DNA from: a virus
Taxonomy: Duplodnaviria; Heunggongvirae; Uroviricota; Caudoviricetes
Length of the DNA stretch: 64,000 bases
IMG/VR virus record: IMGVR_UViG_3300033074_000580
Span: 95,270 to 159,269 of that record
Direction: 5' to 3' (one strand)
Below, piece after piece: positions 56,792 to 64,000 of the stretch. The notes beneath the pieces are model-generated. The model saw nothing but the letters and a program-made list of their open reading frames with translations. It searched no databases and was not told the DNA's origin. Position numbers and translations under genes: made by a program. Numbering within the stretch: the stretch's first letter is position 1; every line of letters begins with the position of its first letter.

Positions 56792-57433
56792 ATGAAACTT
56801 ACCGATATAATATATGATATTGTTCTCGAATCATATTCTGATTTAAATGAACTTGGAACCGAGAATAAACAAATATACGATAAAGGTGCGTTTCATAATA
56901 TCTACCAATCAAAAAACAACCCAAACGTTCTATATAAAATAGGTACAGAAAAGATGGTTGATAGTTGGGTTAATATATTCAAATCTCGTCCTGACTTATT
57001 TCCTAAGGTTTATCGCACGGGTAAAATGGACTATGAGTTACCAAGGGATTTTACTGAATTAACCAATGGTGATATAGTAAAACACAAGGCGGGTGATGTT
57101 ATTAAAATATCTTATGTTGAGATTGAGAAGTTAGATGTTAGACAAGCCATTATACATTGGGACAGTTTAGATAACATTATCAAAACAATGTCTCCATCCA
57201 ATACTAATTTACAGACATACTTAACCCATTTAGGTCTTGAGGATTCATTAGAAGATGAATTTGTTGAATTGGGTGATAAACTAAAGGGAATTGGTAATGA
57301 ATATGGGTACGAACTATTCCGTGATTTTTATAATCTACTAATTCAGGTGTATGAAATAAAACCTGCCGCAGATGTTCACAAAAGAAATTTTGGTTACGAT
57401 AAAAATATGAAGTTAAAGATGTTGGACATCTAA
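56792..57433 (+). CDS. protein-kinase-like fold protein
   Basis: GAFHNIY, VLYK, DVHKRNFG, KMLDI. Confidence 0.6.
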   Translation: MKLTDIIYDIVLESYSDLNELGTENKQIYDKGAFHNIYQSKNNPNVLYKIGTEKMVDSWVNIFKSRPDLFPKVYRTGKMDYELPRDFTELTNGDIVKHKAGDVIKISYVEIEKLDVRQAIIHWDSLDNIIKTMSPSNTNLQTYLTHLGLEDSLEDEFVELGDKLKGIGNEYGYELFRDFYNLLIQVYEIKPAADVHKRNFGYDKNMKLKMLDI

Positions 57434-57745
57434 TTACTTATGTTTAATAATTAGTTCGCCCAACACCTCAATAATACCAACGAGTTTTTGGAACTCAACT
57501 TGTTCCATATCATCTGACAATTTTTTAACACATTCGTTAAATTCTTTCTTAGCATCTTCCACGTTAAACTTTCCTTCGGATGCTTTCTTATAATACGGTA
57601 ATTTCACCTTGAAGTGGTGATATGTTAACATTGCGGGTCCACCTTTTTCCTTTGCGTTATTTGCAATCTTTTCAGCTCCACCCATACGTTTTTCTGCGAA
57701 GGTGTCAAATGATTTAGACTCAGTTATAAGGTCGGATAGTTTCAT
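57434..57745 (-). CDS. hypothetical protein (LITES N-motif)
   Basis: ORF. Confidence 0.6.
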   Translation of the reverse strand: MKLSDLITESKSFDTFAEKRMGGAEKIANNAKEKGGPAMLTYHHFKVKLPYYKKASEGKFNVEDAKKEFNECVKKLSDDMEQVEFQKLVGIIEVLGELIIKHK

Positions 57746-58203
57746 TATAGAAATCTTTTAAAGTTTGATTTGATTTTTTCGATTGATTCGTTTAACTCAG
57801 GATTTTCCATAGACTCACTATCTTCATAATCTTCTGTTGGATTCTCACTAACATTTGCAAAATCCAATTTAAAATCACGAAGCATATCCATCAATCTTTC
57901 ACCATACTCATTTGATATTTTTCTAATTTCTTTTTCGAAATATCTCAATGAATCTGCTTGTTCTTTTATAAGTTTTTGTGTTTCAACTCCACCATAATCA
58001 ATTCCGGCCTCTTCAGCAATCAATTCATACGCATCGGCCATTTGACGTACCTGATATTCCATATCATCAAACCCAAAATCTTCATGATATGATTCTAATA
58101 TCCTCAATGCCTGGTCTCTATTTTCCATCTCACTTTGAGGTTGGTCCATTATATATTTTACCTTATCGTAAACATTTAATTTGTTGAATTCTTGACGTGT
58201 CAT
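57745..58203 (-). CDS. acidic protein with NESIEKIKSNFKRFL C-motif
   Basis: ORF. Confidence 0.65.
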   Translation of the reverse strand: MTRQEFNKLNVYDKVKYIMDQPQSEMENRDQALRILESYHEDFGFDDMEYQVRQMADAYELIAEEAGIDYGGVETQKLIKEQADSLRYFEKEIRKISNEYGERLMDMLRDFKLDFANVSENPTEDYEDSESMENPELNESIEKIKSNFKRFL

Positions 58204-58344
58204 ATTATAAAATGATTTATTAACATAAATATATAAAATTTTTGTTTAAATACAAAAAAGGGATATGAGTAGCGAATTCATATCCCAAACCCAGAACGTG
58301 TAACCATTCCGGTCCTAAGCGGGGTCTTCAAACCCCGGTTATCT

Positions 58345-58467
58345 TTAAGAATTATCTTTTACCAAATACTTTTTAAGTATTGCAAGGTTTTTCTGATATA
58401 ATTCCATTTTCTTTCTACCTGAACGTACACTTCTTTTTGCACGTGGTTTTTTTGCTGCTGTTCCCAT
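58345..58467 (-). CDS. 40-aa basic peptide not in the ORF track (MGTAAKKPRAKRSVRSGRKKMELYQKNLAILKKYLVKDNS)
   Basis: Manual translation; in operon; structured 3' UTR and terminator follow. Confidence 0.55.
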   Translation of the reverse strand: MGTAAKKPRAKRSVRSGRKKMELYQKNLAILKKYLVKDNS

Positions 58468-58477
58468 ATGTTATATT

Positions 58478-58840
58478 TTAATATTGTGAGTTATAGGTTA
58501 TGTTTGTTATATTTTCCGCATCTTTAAAGAACTCATACTTTTGTTCTTTGCTAATGGTTTTATCCATCGCCATGAATAGTGCGTTAAAGGTTTTGTCATC
58601 ATATGTTTTTCGACCCGTATTCTTCTTTTCAAGGAGTTTTTGTGCCATCGGATATATTGTCTTCGAATTAAACAATAAACTCTTTTTAAGGTCATTTATG
58701 GGAGTATTCTGAAACTCCCCGTCTTCACCCCTTAGGAAACGATTTAAGAACCCAAGTAATGTTTGCTCACCAACGGTAAGGTTTCTATTTTGTTGTTCTA
58801 TAATGGTCTTTAATTGTGATTCTGATATAACTAATTTCAT
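58478..58840 (-). CDS. late protein with ISESQLK N-motif
   Basis: Start moved to 58840; TATTTATA upstream. Confidence 0.7.
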   Translation of the reverse strand: MKLVISESQLKTIIEQQNRNLTVGEQTLLGFLNRFLRGEDGEFQNTPINDLKKSLLFNSKTIYPMAQKLLEKKNTGRKTYDDKTFNALFMAMDKTISKEQKYEFFKDAENITNITYNSQY

Positions 58841-58892
58841 AACATATAAATATCGACCCCGGCGTACGAAACCCGATACCGGCATACGAGGT

Positions 58893-59084
58893 TTAAATCA
58901 AGGGGGTATAATTCACCTTATCCTTATATTCTTTTATTTTTTCTTCAAGGAACTCCACCCTATCGGAATCTCCCATAATGGAATCATATTTCCCATAGTG
59001 TTTAACGAACGACTCAAGACCATCCCTTTCGATGTGTTCTTTCATCGATTTTACTGAGGGTAATATGCATCCGTTAAATCCCAT
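58893..59084 (-). CDS. hypothetical protein
   Basis: ORF. Confidence 0.55.
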   Translation of the reverse strand: MGFNGCILPSVKSMKEHIERDGLESFVKHYGKYDSIMGDSDRVEFLEEKIKEYKDKVNYTPLI

Positions 59085-59093
59085 GTTAATGTT

Positions 59094-59816
59094 TTAGTAT
59101 AAATACTTAATCTGTGATATAATATATTGTGCGAAGTCCTGGTGACCTTTCAAAGACCAGTGGTAATCTTCAATGGTTTTATCACTCCAATCATGAATGG
59201 TCTGATAATTCTCACGTATATCGACATCCCAAATATAACAATGAATATTGTTCTTTTCAAAATATTTCTTAAAGTTATTATATACGGTAGAATAATGCTG
59301 GGAATATAAGTCCCTATCTGTATAGAGAATATCCACCATATACTGAAGAAGAATATTGAGTTGGTCCTTGGTATAACGAGAATTATCGTGTTTGATTAAC
59401 TCTGTAATATTATGAGAGTTCACACTTAACATACTCTTTAGATTAAACGGTTCAGGTATAAGTAATCTATCATTGAATGTTTTATTGATAAACACGTAAT
59501 CACCCGTATTGATATTGGACAACTCACCTATAATGGAACTTATAATCTCCTCATTGGATGCACCTGTAACCCCCTTATTGATACGTTCAATTCCCAAATG
59601 GTTGGAGACAATATGTGTCCACGTTTTATCCTTATGTTCTTCCTTATAGGAGTTGAAGTTCTTAAATGGGAATGTGTTCCACATCTCATCAGGTATCTTA
59701 TCAACCATAGGATAATCCCACGTCTTGTTTATCTCGTTGAGATGACTTATCTCATAATCAAAATTCAATCCATACCCTGAAGTAAAACTACATCCGAAAA
59801 AATACCCACGTTTCAT
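59094..59816 (-). CDS. SGNH-hydrolase-like protein
   Basis: FFGCSFTSG, GASNEEI, HWSLKGH. Confidence 0.6.
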   Translation of the reverse strand: MKRGYFFGCSFTSGYGLNFDYEISHLNEINKTWDYPMVDKIPDEMWNTFPFKNFNSYKEEHKDKTWTHIVSNHLGIERINKGVTGASNEEIISSIIGELSNINTGDYVFINKTFNDRLLIPEPFNLKSMLSVNSHNITELIKHDNSRYTKDQLNILLQYMVDILYTDRDLYSQHYSTVYNNFKKYFEKNNIHCYIWDVDIRENYQTIHDWSDKTIEDYHWSLKGHQDFAQYIISQIKYLY

Positions 59817-59864
59817 ATGGTATAAATAGGTTTACATTCACATCTTTGTTTTCTATATTTTAGT

Positions 59865-60422
59865 ATGGCATATAGAGCATTTATTTGGAGACACAACAAT
59901 CCCGAGAAAAGGTCTGAACACAGAAGAAAGTATGTGGTTAGAAAAAAACTAAAAGAATTGGGTTATCTACCCTTAGATAATTCCCTAATGAATGAGGAAC
60001 AAAAAGAACTATACGAACAAATTGGTAGAAGTGATTATTCTTTTTGGGATAAGGTTAAATCGAAGAATGGACATGATGGTGGAACAAGAATAAGACAACA
60101 AAAGAAACAAATAAGGTCCGCCGAATATAGACTATGGGACAGACTTAGACAAAGTGCAAAAGATTCAGGTAAAGAATTTACCATCGAAGTTGAAGATATT
60201 GTTATTCCCGAATATTGTCCATATCTAAATGTGAAACTTACCACGGAACAAAGTGATTATAAACTACCGAATTATTATACGGGTGACAGAATAGATAGTA
60301 GTTTAGGATACATTAAGGGAAATGTACAAGTACTATCTTTCCTTGCTAATACTATGAAGAATAACGCAACCATAGAACAATTGGTAGAATTCTCTAAGAA
60401 TATTATTAAGTTGTACTCATAG
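59865..60422 (+). CDS. His-Me finger (HNH-type) homing endonuclease-like protein
   Basis: IPEYCPYL..DRIDSSLGYIKGNVQVLS..ANTMKN. Confidence 0.75.
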   Translation: MAYRAFIWRHNNPEKRSEHRRKYVVRKKLKELGYLPLDNSLMNEEQKELYEQIGRSDYSFWDKVKSKNGHDGGTRIRQQKKQIRSAEYRLWDRLRQSAKDSGKEFTIEVEDIVIPEYCPYLNVKLTTEQSDYKLPNYYTGDRIDSSLGYIKGNVQVLSFLANTMKNNATIEQLVEFSKNIIKLYS

Positions 60423-60423
60423 G

Positions 60424-60614
60424 TCCAAATTTCCCAAAAATTTCTGGAAAATTTTTTTTCTACTTTTAGGGAAAAAGTCGGTTTTTCAAGATTTTTTCCG
60501 GAAAAATTTCTGTTACGGCATTGACCCCCCTATACAGACACCAAAAAACCCCCTATATAAGGGGGGGTACCGACAGTCACGGGGGGAGGGAGGGGGGTCT
60601 TTCGACCCCCTACC
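60424..60614. other. phased A/T-tract, G/C-run and cruciform element (candidate origin or packaging/terminus site)
   Basis: A/T tracts roughly every 10-11 nt, CCCCC-TATATAA-GGGGG and GGGGGTC-TTTC-GACCCCC hairpins, G7/G6/G3/G6 runs. Confidence 0.45.
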
Positions 60615-60617
60615 TAC

Positions 60618-60971
60618 CTACACCTCCTCAGTTACTCTAAGGTCTCTACATACCTCGTCGTAAACGTTCTCGATAGAGTTCTTTAACTCACGAACCAAAC
60701 CGTCCGTATCATAAGAGACCTCAATACAATTCCCGTTAAGGTCTAAGGTCACGTTGTCCTCAATGTACGAACCGTCTACAACCTCCTCCACTCTATCCTT
60801 AATCTCTTGGATTAAGTGACTCTCAAACTCCGAAGTTCCACGTGGAACTTTTAGTAATTCGACCTCCATCGAATTGAGTAGTTGAATAACGTCTACCTTA
60901 GTGAAGATAGAAGGAAACGAACTTTCGACTTGTACCTTGTACTCCTCGATTACTTGACTAATGTTTTTCAT
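60618..60971 (-). CDS. acidic early protein, Ala-free
   Basis: Start moved to 60971; minus-strand TATATTTG at 61048-61055. Confidence 0.7.
   Translation of the reverse strand: MKNISQVIEEYKVQVESSFPSIFTKVDVIQLLNSMEVELLKVPRGTSEFESHLIQEIKDRVEEVVDGSYIEDNVTLDLNGNCIEVSYDTDGLVRELKNSIENVYDEVCRDLRVTEEV
60833..60850. promoter_or_regulatory. parS-like palindrome AAGTTCCACGTGGAACTT
   Basis: Perfect 18-bp palindrome with the parS core GTTCCACGTGGAAC. Confidence 0.6.
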
Positions 60972-60993
60972 AACATTAACATTTACATTAAAT

Positions 60994-61009
60994 TGTTTCA
61001 CGTGGAACA
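60994..61009. promoter_or_regulatory. parS site TGTTCCACGTGAAACA (minus-strand reading)
   Basis: 16/16 match to the chromosomal parS consensus TGTTNCACGTGAAACA. Confidence 0.75.
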
Positions 61010-61365
61010 TTTGGTGAGTTACCCGTGTTATGGACTATTCCATACACCAAATATAATGGATAGGTACATAATATCCTAATACTCCATGAAATTTAGAATG
61101 AATCTAAATAAGGAGAAATGGTGATTCCCGGCTGATCAGGGAAATACTTTACTGGATTAACTGGTATCTGGTAAAAATCCTGGCTGATCCCCAGAACAAA
61201 ACTAAACTGGATTGAAAAATAAAATTTGGTATAATGGATTTTTCTTTATACCTTTGTGTTTTGTATCTACTCCAGTAAAATAAAATTCGGATCCCCCGTC
61301 AAAAAAAGTTTGTTCTGGACCGAAAAATAATTGGGGTAAAATGATATTGATATTATATAAAGTAG

Positions 61366-61400
61366 TATATTTGAGTATTGTTTAACACTTAAATGTAATG
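61366..61400 (+). promoter_or_regulatory. early promoter/leader cassette TATATTTG(A/T/G)GTATTG-(T)TAAACACTTAAAT, repeated at 62198, 62764, 63498
   Basis: Near-identical sequence before each early ORF. Confidence 0.75.
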
Positions 61401-61943
61401 TTTATGAAAAAGAGAATCAAAATTTCCCGACCTGACTTTGTCAAAGTAATGGACTCCGTTAATGGAGGTACCTTTGTACGAGTGAAAAGTCGTACTCCTG
61501 TTAAAATGAACAAAACAGGTAACCCTTATTTCGGAGAGGTATTCAAGACCTCCGAGGGTATCGGAATGATTGGGAATGTTTACGAAGACCGAATCAACAA
61601 CAACCTTGGAAAAGAGGGTAAAGACAAGGACTTCAAAGTGAGTCGTAACAAAGTGGGTATCCACAAGAATCGTGTTATCGTGGAAAACACGAAGACCGAC
61701 AAGAAAGGAGTGGTAACCAAAAAAGACCACTTTATGTATGAGTGGTTTTTTGAGAAACCACATCGTAGGTCGTTTGAGTTTCAAGGTAACCCAATTGACC
61801 GACAATTATTTGAGTCGTGGGTAATCAAGTCAAATGGGTACTATACCCAACCTACCGACCGAAAGGTGTTAGTCTTACAACCCGAACTGAAAAACATTTT
61901 AGAGGTCACATACAAAGGAACAATATACGAACTGACCGACTAA
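61398..61943 (+). CDS. basic early protein, Ala-free
   Basis: Promoter, ORF, terminator (61950-61976) cassette. Confidence 0.75.
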   Translation: MFMKKRIKISRPDFVKVMDSVNGGTFVRVKSRTPVKMNKTGNPYFGEVFKTSEGIGMIGNVYEDRINNNLGKEGKDKDFKVSRNKVGIHKNRVIVENTKTDKKGVVTKKDHFMYEWFFEKPHRRSFEFQGNPIDRQLFESWVIKSNGYYTQPTDRKVLVLQPELKNILEVTYKGTIYELTD

Positions 61944-62229
61944 GAAACCAACCCCCGAGAAATCGGGGGTTTTTTTGTGTCATACATATTTTGTTTAACC
62001 TTTTCTCCTGAACCCTGAACAAACATTATACTGGATTAAGTCGTCATACACAACACAAAAAAAAACAACGACCGTTGGATCAATGAACATTTTACTGGAG
62101 TACGAGGTCCAGTATAATATATTTTTGTCATACGGGGAATGGGTTTGGGTTAGTCCTGGACTGAAAAGTTTATTTGGAAGTATAACGAATATGATTGTAT
62201 ATTTGTGTATTGTTAAACCACTAAATGTA

Positions 62230-62574
62230 ATGAAATTGAAAAAGACATTTTACCTATTAAGAGAAAAGAGTTTTGTAAACGACAACGTTTTAGATGTTGG
62301 AGTATTCATCGAGAAAATCGTGTTAACGACCGAGTCCGAAGACTTTAAAGAATTTACCAAGAGTTGTATCCAAAGGTCAACCGAAGAAATGTTTGAAGTC
62401 TATATTGACAATTTCCGATTCTACTTTAAAGATGAATTGGAAAATGAATCAGTAGAAGATGAACAATTTATGGTCTATAACAACATTCTTTTAGATGAAG
62501 ACCAATACAAGATGTTGATGAAACAAACGGAAGATATACCCCTTAGGGAAGTATTAGTGAACGAATTAGGATAG
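62230..62574 (+). CDS. acidic early protein, Ala-free
   Basis: Start moved to 62230; terminator 62596-62622. Confidence 0.7.
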   Translation: MKLKKTFYLLREKSFVNDNVLDVGVFIEKIVLTTESEDFKEFTKSCIQRSTEEMFEVYIDNFRFYFKDELENESVEDEQFMVYNNILLDEDQYKMLMKQTEDIPLREVLVNELG

Positions 62575-62801
62575 TTAGTTCCCCCACTAACTTAGACCCT
62601 CAACGAAAGTTGGGGGTTTTTTATTTCTCCTGATCTGATCCTGATCAGGAAGATAAATTTACTGGACTAAATCGTCATACAGACAAGAAAATTTGGGACT
62701 CACCTTCACAGAATACACTTTACTGGACTATGAATTTAATTTGTGTATAATGATATTACTTTGTATATTTGGGTATTGTTAAACACTTAAATACTAATGT
62801 T

Positions 62802-63005
62802 ATGTTACTCACAATGACTTCGACTTTAACGGGTAAGGTTCACACAATGGATTTGGACGTTACCGAAACCCAACTATCAACCTACTTTTCGGGTGGTGGT
62901 TTGTTACAAAACGTTTTCCCTCAACTGACTCCCCCTGAACGTGAGTTCATCAAAACGGGAATCACCCCAACGGAATGGGAGGAGGTCTTCGGAATGGACA
63001 TATAA
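62802..63005 (+). CDS. small early protein, Ala-free
   Basis: Start moved to 62802; terminator 63026-63054. Confidence 0.7.
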   Translation: MLLTMTSTLTGKVHTMDLDVTETQLSTYFSGGGLLQNVFPQLTPPEREFIKTGITPTEWEEVFGMDI

Positions 63006-63536
63006 ATAAAAGTTCCCCCACTTTTAACCCCGACAGAAATGTTGGGGTTTTTTTATGTCTGAAGGTCTTTACCGTCGCGCATGGAGGACAATTATACTGG
63101 ACCGTGGAGTTTGTTATAAAAAAATTATAACTTTTGTTTGGCTTACTGGTTTTCACGCCTTATCTTTGTGTCATCAATGAGAGAATGTAATGGTCGTGTG
63201 TTTATATTAGTGTGAATTTTATGGTGAGTTAAACAATCGGGAGAGGTAGACGAAAGTCTACCTTTCTTCGTTTATGTCATACACGTTTTCCTTGAGGACG
63301 AGGTCCCCGTAATTTTATGTACTGGAATGTGCTGGTCATACAGCGCAAACTTCCAGCGCAGGACCAGTGCTTTCGCTGTGTATATTTTACTGGACTGTCA
63401 TACTCCAGTACATTATTCCCGTCGCCGGCACAGACTCAGGGTGGGAGATGGTAATACTGGAATGAAAATTTAATTTGTAATAAAATAAAAAGGGTATTAT
63501 ATTTGGGTATTGAAATTATTCACACATAAACAAATA

Positions 63537-63899
63537 ATGAAAATGAAAGATTCTTTTGAAGAAAAAATGAAAAAAGATTATGTAACGAAAGGTTTCTTAT
63601 CCTCTCGTGAAAGTCCAACACAACAAGCTGTAACAATGTATTCAGTTTATTTATCAAATTTACCCGAAGATTGGGACGAAAAAATTATTCACATACCAAG
63701 TGTCGATAAGGTTAGACAACATTTTGGTATCACCTACGGATTTGAGAATATGATACGTTGGGGATTACAATTTGATTGTTCACATTCAAAGACATCGTCG
63801 GGTAGACACGTTTCAATGAATAGAGCTTATCTTATGGCAAAATCAAACTTATCAATGGGAATGATTATAACCAATAAGAAATTAAAAATGGCTTCATAA
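63537..63899 (+). CDS. early hypothetical protein
   Basis: Start moved to 63537; terminator 63928-63955. Confidence 0.7.
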   Translation: MKMKDSFEEKMKKDYVTKGFLSSRESPTQQAVTMYSVYLSNLPEDWDEKIIHIPSVDKVRQHFGITYGFENMIRWGLQFDCSHSKTSSGRHVSMNRAYLMAKSNLSMGMIITNKKLKMAS

Positions 63900-64000
63900 C
63901 AATTACAATAATTAAACAATCAGAATTGGGGTATCAGAAATGGTACCCCTTTTTTGTTGCCAATAATTTCTCGACGGTGCTGCGCTGCGATTTATTTTAC

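Larger units (their letters stand above)
61150..63461. repeat. dispersed intergenic TACTGGA (12 copies, both orientations) and GTCATAC (7 copies)
   Basis: Counted by eye; includes inverted pairs at 62093-62114 and 63388-63410. Confidence 0.75.

Noticed and set aside
60618-63005. Ala-free proteins as an adaptation to tRNA-Ala loss
   Set aside because: GpC is also missing from non-Ala codons, codon junctions and spacers, so a DNA-level cause fits better.

Overview
This window looks like part of a large, AT-rich tailed-phage (jumbo-type) genome infecting a Bacteroidota host. The call is inferred from dense small ORFs, a GH19 endolysin, HNH nucleases, a 26-tRNA array, tmRNA and many Bacteroidota-type TAnnTTTG promoters; no capsid or terminase gene is in the window. 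The standard code 11 fits. Left to right: a ClpC-like ATPase (5' truncated); an RNA-repair operon (kinase, Rnl1-type ligase, cyclic-phosphate receiver-like protein); a minus-strand operon of secreted/outer-membrane proteins (CsgG-like, lectin, cohesin/dockerin-like); two tRNA clusters of 13 tRNAs each that together cover all 20 amino acids, interspersed with unknown structured RNAs; an ~800-nt GOLLD-like RNA; tmRNA; putative virion proteins; a ~9 kb glycosylation/methylation cluster; a TonB-dependent receptor; an endolysin; late genes sharing N- and C-terminal peptide motifs; then a bent-DNA/G-run element, two parS-like sites and an early-gene region almost free of GpC. Top finding: each tRNA cluster is preceded by a promoter, short leader ORF, antiterminator and terminator. 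The leader codons match, at isoacceptor level, the tRNAs of that same cluster, suggesting a tRNA-depletion-sensing attenuator. All calls come from manual reading; no searches were run.
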